Below, piece after piece: positions 49,149 through 63,400 of a DNA stretch of 64,000 nucleotides. Position 1 is the first letter of the stretch. Each line of letters opens with the position of its first letter. The notes beneath the pieces were generated by a model, which was given only the letters and a program-made list of their open reading frames with translations, was not told the origin of the DNA and ran no database searches. Both the position numbers and the translations under genes were made by a program. The DNA comes from Lytechinus pictus (Eukaryota). Location: positions 6,572,001 through 6,636,000 of the forward strand of contig NC_087259.1 of assembly GCF_037042905.1 (NCBI RefSeq). Direction: 5' to 3'.

Positions 49149-50907
49149 ATCACATAGTAATTGGGTTTCTTCTTTTTTTTTTTCAACATTGCAGCCACAC
49201 ACAATAAAGTGATTCTAGTGCTTGTAATATATGCCTATTCTACAAAGCGAAGCGAAATAAACAAATTATCTTAAAGAAATAACAGTGCATACTTCTATTT
49301 TAAAAGAAATTGTAAGATCAATCCAAATTTTCATGCAGAAATAGTTCATTTTTGCATATATATTTTATATTTTTGTTATATTCTTAAAGTGTGGTTACCA
49401 AATCGTGCAGCCAACGTAGGCTCAAAATAGGCTTAACTACATATGCCATGTATGCATGGAGTCTCAGAAGCAACATAATGTTATCAAACTGGGTATAAGT
49501 CCAAGTAAGATTTAGAAGAAATAGTATTAGTATAGGCCATGTCAAAATGATTGTAGATTGTAAAATATACAGTTTGAATAATCAAAGTGTTAGTTTTACC
49601 TTTAAAGCTTCTTGTTTATATGAAATGGTTATAGACCAAACGAGAGAGAATATAGAAAAAACAGCGCCCAATATCTCCGAAATAGCTGATTACCATCACA
49701 TGAGCAAATTTTGTTTTATTCGTTCATTTTTTTTAGTTCATATATTATCGATCTGGCTTTATCAAGAACATAATGCAACAGAATAATAGTGTGACAAAGT
49801 ACGAGAAGACATTTAACATTGTTTCTAATGATTTTTGTATCAAACCATAAATCAATTCAACTTTGGTCAGTGGTTTATGGATTCAATTAAACTTAGTATC
49901 CTGCTCGACACATTGATTGCAGAACTAATGAATATTTAGTATACAATGCAATTGTTTAACCGTCAAAACAGAGCATCAGTTGGGTGGCAGGGACAGTCGC
50001 TTCCTAAAATTTTTAAGAAGTGCTTTTAAAAAGAGAGGAAAGGGGGGAGTGAAAGACAATGAAAACAGAATTGAAGCTACTCAAATTAAAGCATGGATTA
50101 TGCATCGTTTTCATACCCCACTATCAAGTTAGAAAAAAAGAATGACGTCATCTAAAAAAGGTCACCCCTCCCCTATTAAGACATCCGTGGTTAGTTCGCA
50201 GTCATCACGTAAAGAGGGAACACATAAATCTGTAATCGTAAACAATCAGCATTGTACGAATTACCATGTTTTACGGAAAAATCGTAATGCTTATATTATA
50301 TTATTTTGTTATGTAAATAGCGTAAAATTTACGAAAGACCCGATTAAACGGCGACATTAATGAAAAAAAAACTTTTCACGGTAACCATACAGGTTCTATA
50401 AAGTTGCGTTCTGGCAACTTGATGCGCTACGTTTCACCGGCTTTTTACTGTAAATTTTTTTTCTTTGGGGTCTTCCTGAAATTTTACGCCATTTAACGTA
50501 CAGTATTGGGCGGGAAATTACGGTTTATACGTAATCTCCCCGGAAAAATAATATGGTAATTTTAAAGACAGTCCAAACAACTGATACACTCGAAACAAAA
50601 ATCAACAACAAATAGCATCAGTGTAATGAAGTAGAGAATTAAATAAGATTAAAAAAGAAGTAATCATAAAAAGCAAGAAGCACGTGTAAAATCTGCTACT
50701 GAAATTAGAAATTAATTCACAATTTGCCCTTTTTGAAATAAAATGCATGTAAGCTGGACGATAAGCATGTTTAAAAGAACAGGCGAGCTGGGAGACAGAA
50801 ATATCTGGAATTTCGTATAATTCTTCGTATCATTATATTGCTGACGATCTTTTCCTTTCTCCTTCTTCATCATCTGCCTGATTCTTCTTCAAAATTCTTC
50901 CCATTTC

Positions 50908-51068
50908 TTAAGCTTCATTTTCATTTTCTGTCTCCAGACGGTTGTATCCTTTGGATGGTTTCCCGCGTGATCTCAACTTTCTCACTGTTACCATGGCAAC
51001 CATGGTAATGAAGAATCCAGCGGCCGCCACCAGCATTATGTTGACTGGATTAGCCAACCGCGATGTGT
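50908..51068 (-). CDS. Copy B terminal exon: TM helix and tail (…[13 protein letters not shown])
   Basis: 161 nt; (CT)n-cag acceptor; paralogous to 25662-25822. Confidence 0.9.
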
Positions 51069-51070
51069 CT

Positions 51071-51104
<34 letters not shown>

Positions 51105-54100
51105 AACGCTATTATTGATGAGCGTTTGCATGATATTTATACTCAAAAGTAAATTATTCTATTTTTTAAACCAAATAATGATGCGTCTATAGGCCTATCT
51201 TGTGTAACGCCTTTCGAAAGACCGGGAAAGTGATATTGAATATTAGGGGCGTCGGTTCGTGTTTCGGATAGAGGCAAAAGTAAAGAAAATGCCCCCAAAA
51301 TTCTGCTCTCGGCTCGCCAAAGGATAATACAGAATTGTGAGCAAATGACAAATTGTATGTATATGCAAAATTTTTATGGTTTTATAGTGATTGCCAATGC
51401 TTTTGAAACATATTTGTATTGCATATTATGCAAGTATTGTTGGTGATTTTTTACCTGATGCTAAGAAAGAATGAATACTTGTAAGCAACAACGAGAGAAA
51501 CAACGGCTTAAAGGCTCTCTCCGAAGAACCTGGTAAGGAGGATGAATGTCTTCAAACCCGGGTCACCGTGATCCGAAACTCCCGCTCTATACCGACTGAG
51601 CTATCGCGCTCTCTATGAATTCTCTATTCTATTATGACTATTGTTATTCATGATAGAATTCTACACGTGTTCTTTTTTGTAATAAATTGACGTCACATGT
51701 AGGCCTATTTTATAGATTGTCAATCACTTATTGTGAATGCCTTGTTTTATAATACTCTGAAATAGTCAATGATCTCAGAGATTACAAAAAGCCCTAAAAT
51801 TCTTCACAATATTTGGATCAATATACCGACCGACACAGGCGAGGGGAATAAAACACACATTTATGTACTTATAGCCCCTAGGTAAATATAAAAATGATAA
51901 ACATATCCAAGATATAAATGAAGACATAAATATGAAGAAAACAATCGAATTAAAATAAAATGTTATAGTGAGCTCACTGGCTTATATCGCTTTAATAATA
52001 TTGTTTAAAGTATTGAGCACACCCTTAAAGTTTAAGCCCGTCATGCTAACAACTTTTGAAAAAAATGTTAAAAATAAGTTGTAACAGTTTTAAACAAATT
52101 GTTTAAAATCTTAAACAAGTTGTTAAAAAAAACCAAAAGTTTGAATAATACATGTAGTTGTTAGAGTGACGGGCTAAAACAAAACACTTAAAATGTAAAC
52201 AGTTTTGTTTACACTGTAGATGGGAAAGCTCACCCATTGACCTGGCATGTTGAGTAGACATTGGACCGTTGGAAATGGTGTGTGGTTGCGAGCTCGAACC
52301 CCGAGCCTCGCCGGCTGCACGTCTTGCCCTAGACACACATCCCTGTGAGCATCGGGACGAGGGGTCATTGTCTTCGCAAACAAAGATGTCACAGTGAAGG
52401 AAGACCTTTTGCGCACAAACAAAATAGGATGATAAGAATTCTCGTTAGTATTAATATAAAATTAATAATAATGAATAATATTATTATGGTAAGGTTAATG
52501 GTTTTACAGTGCTTTAATGCTTTTTTTAAACATATCTTCGCATTTACAAAATTTTCGGAATACATTTTCTAGGGCGATCGTCCACCAAATGAACTTGTAA
52601 GATTTGTGTTTGAGAATAATATTGTTGAGAGCTATACAGCGACAGGATGAAGGAATTTCCCAAATTTGATGAGCGAAAATGTTGTTTTGGAGCACTTTAT
52701 AATTTGAGTAGGGTGCTTAGCAGCATTTCCTATACATTTTTTCCAGTTTTCAAAATTTCGGAGGGGGGGGGGCAACGATCCTGACTGGGGCCAAATGCCC
52801 CCGTGCCCCCTCCCCTTGGTATCGCCACTGCCCCTGTCGCCCTTGATCCAAATGTGTTTTATTATTCCATGATAACGCCCCCTTACCTCGTGGTATTCAC
52901 CAATGAAAGTAAAGGCATCGATGGAGAATCCTTTTAATGAGGCGTCTTCCTCGTGGAATTCAACGGTAGAATCAAGTCCACATCTGTGCGGATATAAGAA
53001 AAGTAATTAAAATCGACGAAAATATAAGGACGATAATAGATTAAATATTTATAATATAGATATTCCTCACCTATTTATAAATAAAAACTGTTTTCTCCTC
53101 GGTCAAATGTTTAAAGTGAAAGTTCCTCCCCCCCCCACAACAAAAGTTGAGGAGCAACGAGAAAAGTCAAGCAACGCTGAATGTTTCACCAAAGTCTGAT
53201 GTAAAAATACGAAAGATATAACACTTTAAATTTTCACTTATTTTTACAAAACAGACATATCGGTATGCAAATGTTGCAACCGACGATGTCGCTCACTCAC
53301 TATTAATTTTTGCATTTTATGAAATATGAAATATTTTGATTTTCTCGTCAATTAGCATGTCAATATCTATGTTCTGTTTTTAATGCTAGTTTCAAGACAG
53401 GTGAAATTCCCAGTGACTGGAAGATTGCCCGCATTACCCCATGTATATAAGAGCAAGGGGAACAAAGATGACATTCCTAACTAAATGTTGTATGTCACGT
53501 ATCGAAAATGATTGAAAAAGGAGTTCAATTGCAATAGTAAACTATCTTAAAGAGAACGATATAATAAATGTAGATCAATGTGCATTTCTCTCTCACCATT
53601 CTACAACTACTTGCCTTCACCGGGTAATTGATGATTTTTACGAGGCTCTTAACAATAAAGAATTAATTGGTTCATGTTTTCTCGACATCTCAAAATGCTT
53701 CGACTGTGTCTTTGCACGCTGAATTAATTTTGGGGGATAATAATCACAATTGTTTCCATGTTATTTTCTTTAATTCAAGATTTACACATTGTACCATTGA
53801 TACTTGTTATTAATATATAGAAGTTATCAAAGAACTACTGCCTTTTATTAGCTCATCAAATTTGAAGGTAGGGGACAAAACTATTTTTACGATTGTTGAA
53901 TTTAATTGTACGAATGTCAAAAAAATGTACATTTCAAACAATAAATTACAATAGAAACAGTCAGTTACATCGTCAACATTCGCATTTTCACCTCACTGTG
54001 ATGCGCAAATGACTGTTTCGTGGAAAAGAGTGAAACTTAGCAATGACATAACTTTCTTGTTTCACATCGAGTCCGATTTTGGTGGCATTTGAGGTACGTG

Positions 54101-57100
54101 TTATACTAAAGAGTGAGCCATAAAAATGTCCCAGTGGCTTGAAGTTGTTTTGTCTGAGGTGTGATCATTCAATCATTGATCTATTGATATGTCCTGATGG
54201 AGTTATCCTCCCGACATAATTTGGTATCATTTGCATAAGGATCTGTACATGCATGACTGACTACGAGACAATAGGTTACACGGGCCTAACTACAACTGGC
54301 AGGCCTAGATATTCATTCGAGCCAACCCATAGCTCAATTTTTAAATTTGATATTGCTGATTGACAAAAATGAATGAATATGACTGACAATCTAACACTGA
54401 TTTTAGGGAGGGTACCTACTGAACTTCCTTTTTTTCCAAATTGGAAAGATATATCACCACTATGGAACTATATTTTTACTGGCGGAAGAATTAGGGCCAT
54501 TTTACTCTCTCAAGTGATGAATTTGATCCCGTCAGGTGTAGTCTTCATAAATGCTGATTTATTTTTAAAATGAGCCGATCGAGGTACCCTTTTCTGGTCA
54601 GACATGGAATGTCAGACAATTATCCTATCCACTGGTGGTAAACATTCAACCCCCGAATTTCCTCCTTATTTATTATGAATTCTTTTTAAGTGCCACTTTA
54701 ACACACGAGTCTATGGGAAATGAATCAGGCCTGTGAGCCCTATAGGTCGTAAATTTTCAGTTGCGCCAAGTTGCTAGATGAAGAATGAAAGTTTCACCAA
54801 AGTAACTGATTGAATACAGACAGATCCCTGCCCATCATTCAACCCCCTACACACCCACACACAACACATCACCTCTCTCGCACACACACACCCACATACA
54901 TTCATTCACCCTCTCCACCCACACCACTGGTGTCGATCCAAGCGGTGAATCTAATGTTCAATGGTGGATGATCCATAGACCAAAAGCTTCAGTCTCTGTA
55001 TTTTGGTTGTTCCGCTGAACTACGTTGGCTCCACTCACCATACATAGACTGAAGGGGATGGGGCCCCGTACCTACAGCCAACGTATAGTGAACTAGCGTT
55101 TTATAGATCGCGATTTAAAACTGTTTTTTAAGCAAAATTGAAAGTTTCATGGTTTCCATTATCAGGGAAATATAAATAAATTAAGTAATTGCATACCTTG
55201 GGCCGGAGTTATTGAAAAAAATCCTCTGGATGATTGAGAAATCTGTCATCTAAGACATTTTCACCTGACCTGACGGTTTTTCTTGCAAGTTGCCATCTTG
55301 AATGACGTCATTATCGTTATTAACTTAATGTCTCGAATCGATATATCGCGATTATAACTAGTACTAGTACTAGTATAACTAGTATCGTTTATCTTCGGTT
55401 TCGTTCGCATATGGAGCAGATCGTATAATATCGAAAGCAATATCGATATCACATTCGTGATTGTTGACGTTCGTTTGTAAATATTTTATAGTTTGGCTGC
55501 CATTTTGACCATTTTTATCGTGTTCAACCCAATTAAACATCGGTAAAGTATATTTTTCATGCCTTTTTCATCTATATCGTTTAAAGTATTTAAATGTTGG
55601 AATATAAATAATTAAAAGTTTGTTGTTTATACATCCTTAGATTGTAAATTCGATGTGTAAAATTACATCAAACTTTGGACTGTGAATTGACAAAAGGGAG
55701 GGAATGAGAACACATGCGAGCCCACACGTACACCCTACCGTCGGTAAATGGGGATTACAGTAAAATGTCAGAAATTGTTGAATAAATCCCCAGAAACGAC
55801 GGTTATTCCTGTCTAGATGATCCATTGCTTCTTCCCCCACTTGAATAGTATGACGTCCCGGATCGACGCCAGTGACCCAACACACACGCTTCCTAAAAGC
55901 TTCCAAAACACTTTCATAAAGCAATGTTTACATTTTCTCATTTCCGCTCATCTCTCTGGTCATGTATTTTGTCGATCAACAATTGCCACCTGTCCCATTG
56001 TTTAACTTCAAAATGGAATGCCTGATTTGGAAGCAGTAAGTAATGTTGAATATTTCACACGTGTGTGTGGATGTGGGTTAACCAGAGAGCTCCGGGCCGT
56101 TCGCGGGCCGGAGCCCACAGGGCAACCATAGGCTGCCACGGGTAACATCGAGGCAGTAGCCAGACCCTCAAAAAAGGGGGGAGAGACCGCCTTCATTCAC
56201 TCGCTTTCAAAAATGCAAGCAAAACTGGCCGATCGATATACCGAGGGCGCCTGCGCGAATTTCGCCGAGTCTAATTTGCGCATGCGCCATCGGTATATCG
56301 ATCGGCCAGTTTCGCTTGCAATTTTGAAAGCGAGTAAACGAACGCGGCCTCCCCCCCCCCTTTTTTTTTTGAGGGTCTGGATACTGCCTCGATGTCAGGA
56401 TTCTGCTGTCCGTTAGACCTTCATCCATAGAACTGGGAGGGGGGTGCATGATTTATTTTTCGTTTCATTATTTTTTGTGTCTTTTGGTACCCCAACCTCG
56501 AAGGTAATCATATAGTATTTGCTACCTGTGGCAGCCAATGGTTACCTTCTGGGCTCCGTTACGCTTCGCGGGCACCAACATATGAGGGGAGAATATCGTT
56601 ATCAATAAATCATTTTTTCTGACTCCGTCTGTAGTATGATTAATTGTCTGATCCATGCAAAGATATTTGGCAGGTATAAACCCACTCCCGTTACCAAAAA
56701 AGGGAACCAAGTGCTTTACGCACAAAATATCGGCACTAACGCTTCACTCGAGCGCTAATTCGATATTTGTATAATTTATCAGCAAGCATCCGTATGTAAT
56801 AAAGTACAAGAATATATATTTTTTTAAATCGTCGGCCTCGAACATAGTTACTTACCCGTCTTTAATGAAGGTATATTTCATTGGGTTCGCCGGGTAGACA
56901 TCAGGCGTTGCCCAGCAACGATCGATTAACAGAGTCAGATCGGTCGAGGCATTCAGTTTTACCCCAAAGTATAGCTTTTGACCTAGATACACCAGCGCGT
57001 CGAGGTCCGGTGGCGGCGTGGTGAAATGCTCATCAGTGTAGCGACCGAGATTGAGCGAGAAACTACCATAACCCACCTCAGAGAAACTGACGATGCCAAC

Positions 57101-60100
57101 TGTGGGCTTGTAGTTATTGCCCAGCAGACTGCGACGATTGAACGCGCAGATGACCGGGATCTTTAACCGGAAGTCACGGGTGATCAGCGAACCGTTTTCA
57201 CCGGTCGGTTTGAAGTACGTCACGACATTGGAGTACGTGATGACAGCATCAGTTTGCTGTATGAGCAATATAAAGGGAATAAAAAGTGTTGCCTGTATCT
57301 GAGACTCGGGTTCCAGACTTTCAGGCCTCTTAAATACAGGGGGCTTGGACCCTGGGGAAGGGACTAAAGCCCCCCCCCCCCTCCACAAACATTCCTTTTT
57401 TCAGTGACCATACACAAAAATGTGTTCCGTACCAGACACATAATTGTGTAAGATTGATTAATAATCAAGAAGAACTCTAATCTTGAACTCTTACACTGTG
57501 AAAACAACGGTGTTGATTAAACACCAGCCCGGAATCTATATATGTCCACACCAGAGAAGTGTTAAACAATACCAGTTTGGTTTTGGTCACCATGTAGGTG
57601 TTTATACAACACCAATTACCATTCAAACAGTATTTATTTGATTCCAAACTGGTGTTGTTTCAATACTTCTCTAGTGTGGACATAATAGATATCGGGCTGG
57701 TGGTAAATCAACACCGCATTTTTGCAATGTACGTACACTGCAAAAACTCCGGTGTTGATTTAACACCAGCCCGGAATCTATATCTGTCCAAACCAAAGAA
57801 GTATTGAAATAACACCAGTTTAGATTCAAACCGATGCTGTTTTAATACTAATTGGTGTTGTATAAATACATATCTGGTGTTAGACCAAAACCAAACTGGT
57901 GTTGTTTAATACTTCTCTGGCGTGGACAGATATATATTTCGGGCTGGTGTTAAATCAACACCGGAGTTTTTGCAGTGTAATTATACACTATCATAGAATG
58001 GGGTACAAGGCTTGCCTAAATATTTAGCAAGTAGTAAATGACCAGATTCTCAAGAAGTAATCCATTAGTTTTGAGTGTTCCCGAAATTGCAAATTTAAAT
58101 AATGGGATATTTATGAACATCGTCCAATCTAATCCAGACTGCTATAATGAACTTCATACAAAATCAGGTTATAAAGTTGAATGATAAAGGAGAATGGAAG
58201 CACGCACAGTAAAAGGACGAACAAAATTGCCAAATTTGCCAGAATAAAGCATATGTGTATTTTACGACGATGACGACGACGATTTAGGGTGGGGAAAGCA
58301 TGACAAGATGAATGTTTTAGAACACTCAGAGGCGGTCTCCTGGGATGCTCGAGTGATTACCTGAGGGTTATGACAGTGCCCCCACCAACCCCAACCAGAG
58401 AACGTAATGAAGTTTGTGCCCATACGGTCGGAATGGTTATTCACTGTGGTGTGAAATTTTTACCTCGCTCTGTGTATTGCATTCATCATATCTGGTCGTT
58501 ACAGCGATTTGTGAGCCACTGTAGTCGTAGCCGGTGCAACTCTGATCTTCGAAGTGGACATCGCCAGCGTCCCCGTTGTTCTCCAAGAGGGTTCTATCGA
58601 GAATGGCGGTCATGCTCATACTTCCACATGAAACAGAGGCTCCTGTGGATGTAGACATCAGTAAGCGCTTTTACGTGAAAATCAGTCGGGAGTTTACGAT
58701 TCAGAAAGGAAACTTGCCGGTAGTCCCGATAATATATTAACGCCACAATACATTCGCACTAACGCTACCGCACTCCACATTTCTGATTTTCATGACATTA
58801 TACAAGCAAAAACAACAAATGTCCCATGCCATGCTAGTGAGATCGTAAGATTCGATCTTAGGATGCGATCACCTTACGGGTATACTATGACGGTCGCAGA
58901 CAAAACGTACATGTACATGGAGTTGGGCCTTTCAATGGAACCAGACACAATCTTTGAAAAAAATAATGATCGATATTAGCAGAATCTAAGGTCTTTGAAA
59001 AAGTTCACATTATCGAGTAAATATAATGACGAATATTGATAAAGAATTATGAAATCTCGGACATCATACCTGGTGCAATAGTTGTACTTGGTAGAATGCT
59101 TGTGGCGACTGCATGAGAAACAAGAAAAATAGTTATAAAACAACAACGATAATAATAATAACAATCATAATAATATGTAGATAATAAGCGGATGTATAGA
59201 ATTAACGCCAAAAGTGTCAAATTGACCCCTTTCACACTCTATCTGGTATAGTTTGGGTTCAGTAAAGTCAATTTTTCATGTATTTCCTTAGCAACAAAGT
59301 TTCATTGGTGTCAAAAAAATAATGATCGATATTAGCAGAATCTAAGGTCTTTGAAAAAGTTAACATTATCGAGTAAATATAATGACGAATATTGATAAAG
59401 AATTATGAAATCTCGGACATCATACCTGGTGCAATAGTTGTACTTGGTAGAATGCTTGTGGTGACTGCATGAGAAACAAGAAAAATAGATGTATAGAATT
59501 AACGCCAAAAAGTGTCAAATTGACCCCTTTCACACTCTATCTGGTATAGTTTGGGTTTAGTAAAGTCAATTTTTTATGTGATTCCTTAGCAACAAAGGTT
59601 AGATGTTTTCAATACAAAATTGTTCATAATATCATTGGTGTCAATAAATATTTACATACATAATATATATATATATATTTACATTCTTATGAAACCCGTT
59701 CTGCCAATGACTTCCATTTTCCAAAGGTTCGAACATCATATGCTAAATCCACTCTTTTATTCACTGGCCCTAAACTGTGGAGTTCCTTACCAAAAGAAAT
59801 TAAAAACTCAGTATCACTCCATTCCTTTAAACGTAATTTCAAAAAGTACCCGATTGATACTAATTTAACAAATAACAGTAGAGCTTAGAAATCAAACTTA
59901 TCTTCCATTTTTTTGTATTGTTTATGTCATTACTTATTAAAGTTATCATTCTAAATTCTTTTCCTATACGTAACGCTGTTTAATTTTTTTTTATGAATGT
60001 GTTTATTTTTCTTAACTATTATTTTGAAAGTTATGAATGAGAGCCATATTCACATTTTGATAGCGCTTATTTGTTTATTTTATGTCGGGTGCCTGATTTT

Positions 60101-60267
60101 AAGACTTATTTTGTCTTCTTTTGCTCCCCCACAGTAATGTACATTTCTTTGTATTATTTTTGAACAACTCGGTTCACTTTCCTTTTTCAATTATGTTTGT
60201 TTCCTATTTTGTACATATTTGTAATGTTTTTATATTATTGTGGAAATAAATGATTTGATTTGATTTG

Positions 60268-60302
<35 letters not shown>

Positions 60303-60374
60303 TGTTCTCTTCATCCATTTCTTTACAATATTTAAATAAAAGAGTTGCCAAAGCTGTTGTACATGTATAACTTT

Positions 60375-60446
<72 letters not shown>

Positions 60447-63400
60447 ATGAGAAATTATACATGTACAGAAGCTTCTTTCATTTAAACATGTTGTGAAAAG
60501 AAGAAATGTTCTCTTCATTCATTTCTTTCATAGTATACAGCATTTTATAAAATACATGAATATACAATTAATGTATATTTTTACCTGGCATGCCTGTAGT
60601 AACTGTGTCTGGGGCTGTAGTTTGCGGAGGAGGGAATGTTGGTTGAGGGACAGCACTGCTTGGTATAGCTGAAGAGAAATCCCAAAAATGAAATTTAAAT
60701 GCACACGTTCAAGTACAATAAAAACGAATTCATATTGTATTCTCTCAGTAAAACCTTACATAAAACAAGTAAGAAAGTCAAAAAGGGGCCTAAGCTTTCG
60801 ATCCTAGCAGAATCTTCGTCGGAGGCAAATAAGATACAAAGTTACAATACATGTATTATAAATTGACAGGGTTTTGATAAAAAAAAAACCCTTTTTTCCA
60901 ACGAATTATGCAACTTTCTGTAAATCAATTTAAACTATACAGTATGATTTAAGCTCTTAATGTTTTAAATACACATTTGGAGGAAGAATCAAGAGATGAC
61001 AACATTTTTTTTACAGAATTTCCATCATAAAAGTTAACATTTCCCTAAAATCAATGAATCATGGAATTGAATGCTTAAAAAAGAACCCTTAAGTAAGTTG
61101 AACCTCATACATGTACATTTACATGTAAACCCTGGGTATTATAAGTCTTGTCAATCTAGGGTATGGGGCCGACAAGAATTCGCACTATGGTAGAAAATCT
61201 ATGGGGTTTCAAAGCTTAATTTCATTAGATCAATATGCTCTATCTAATTTCAATCAATTATGCCAATTTTAATATGTGGAATACAAATTTGGGTTTAAAT
61301 CTGTAAAAAAGCACCAGAATTGCTTATTTTTTTTAATTAAAGAAATCTGATCAAATGCATATTCAGTATAAAAATATTTTTAATGTTTTTAACTGTTTCT
61401 TATACTTTTTTACCTCTTTATGTATTATCGTTTTATCGGAAATTCTTGGGCATGATTTTCCAATCATTAAACAAAAAGTACAAATAACGATACAGATACA
61501 AATTGTGGTGAGAATTCACATTATATTCATAAATGAAATCACGTTCTTGAGCAATTCGTGGTCTTACATGCACTTGTGTAATACCATAATCACATACCCA
61601 TGCATGCATCCCCAAAATATTGTCCTGACTCTTGAACGATATGGTGTGGCCATATCGTGTTATGGATTTATCATATAAATTTCTGAGGGGAGAGAAGAAA
61701 ATAATACACCACTTAAGAAATAAAAGTATAAAAATAAACATTCATAAAAAAATCACACCTACGCAAATTAACAACGCACAAGTATATGCGGTGTTTTAAA
61801 ACACATAGTTTAAAACGTGCCAACCCTGCGAATCGATGTATAAAAAAGCCTTAAAATTAAAAATGACAGGTGGAAGAAAAAAATGTTTGGTGAGAGGTCG
61901 TTTGAATTCGAGGTGTGATTACAATCTTTTAATTTCAGGTGAATTATACGTTTTATGATATTCCTATACTTAGTTAAATAGTAAATAATGCGGATCAAAT
62001 TTAACAGTAACCGTCGTTTAATGTTTGAAAAAGAGAAACAAAATTAAAAGATAATAAATACCTGGACAGTTATTGTCTGTTACAATGATGTCATCAACTG
62101 CAATAATTCCTTGTGTCGAAGCACCGACTTCGCCTATAAAGACGATCTAAAAAAAGAATGTTGAAAATAAATCATTAACACACAAAATGTGACGTGAACA
62201 GTTCAATTCTACTATTAGTAATCGATAGCCACATGATAGGATGTGCCCTTAAATAATTATATACCCATTATACTTTTAAAAAGTGGATTGACATATTCTT
62301 TCTATTTACAAAGGGTTTATAATTTACACGATAGAGACGTCTATTTCTTGCTGCTTGTTGTTACTGAAATGGCATTGGAGATAATAATTGAAATTGGTTG
62401 ACAGAAGGGAATTGACCTTTTTAAATTCTTCCTGAAAGTTTCCTTAAATTATTTTTGCACGAGTTTCTGCATTCATCGTTAAACGAAATACAAATTCACA
62501 AAAACAAGCACAAAAATAATTGATGAAAGTGTGACATTTAGATGAAATAGGAGTGCAAGGGACAGCTTTCATAAGTAACACGAATGACTGGATAAAAGCC
62601 ATTTCTCTGTATAAAGGGGAATGCTTCACATAAGGGTTTTATGCACTTTAGAGGAAAAGTATCTACGTAAAAAAGGATGCCCTGAGGCTCCTAACTCCCA
62701 TCTTCATCTCTGATCCATCCCCTAGTAAATGCATATTTATTTAAATAATTTGTACGGGAAAACATTGTTGCTGATTTATTGAAAATAAAGCCATGTAATA
62801 CCCTGTAATCGTAGTCTCGTGCTACAGACACTTGTCCGTAATTCCATGAAGCACCCTGAGTCGAGTCTAACATCCATGCAGTGACGTCATCAGGGAACCC
62901 ACTCCTCTCTTGCGCAACGGTGAGGGCGCCAGCATCATTCCCTTCGAGATAATACCAGAAGGTAACACACCCCCTGGTTCCTGTCAGCGCATTGAAGTGT
63001 GGACTGACCATGCGCGCGGTTGTACCAAGGGTCTCATTGGTCTGATCAAGGTATACGTAATAGCCTGTACACAGAAAACGGAGTGTAAGAGAGAAAGGGT
63101 TATATTCTCGTGTGAAATATCTCAATACAGGATAAAAACACAAATAAAAATTGTTTCATAAGATTGTAACCCCCCCCACACACACACACATACAATCCGT
63201 TTTGAATTAAATTCGCAATGATAAGCACGGTCATTTCCTATCGACGGACGTCCAAACTGAATTATTTTTCATGTTCTAGGCAGCACTAGATTTACGCAAC
63301 ACCTTTGGGACGCGACCTCTTGGTAAAAAAAATGTCGATATGCACATGCGCAGAACAGTTATTCGTTATTTTGTTCAAGCGCATAACGGCATTTCTGACC

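Larger units (their letters stand above)
41880..59190. repeat. Segmental duplication unit B (homologous to about 18560-32430)
   Basis: See unit A; longer because of copy-specific insertions. Confidence 0.9.
58958..59597. repeat. Local tandem duplication (about 340 + 285 bp) containing the 39-nt microexon
   Basis: aaaaaaataatgatcgatattagcagaatctaagg...ccttagcaacaaag occurs twice; the second copy lacks about 60 bp. Confidence 0.9.

Noticed and set aside
18560-59190. Possibility that the two ZP copies are alleles assembled in tandem
   Set aside because: About 16% aa divergence in the largest exon, many copy-specific insertions and entirely different 5' exons argue for true paralogues; read depth should still be checked.
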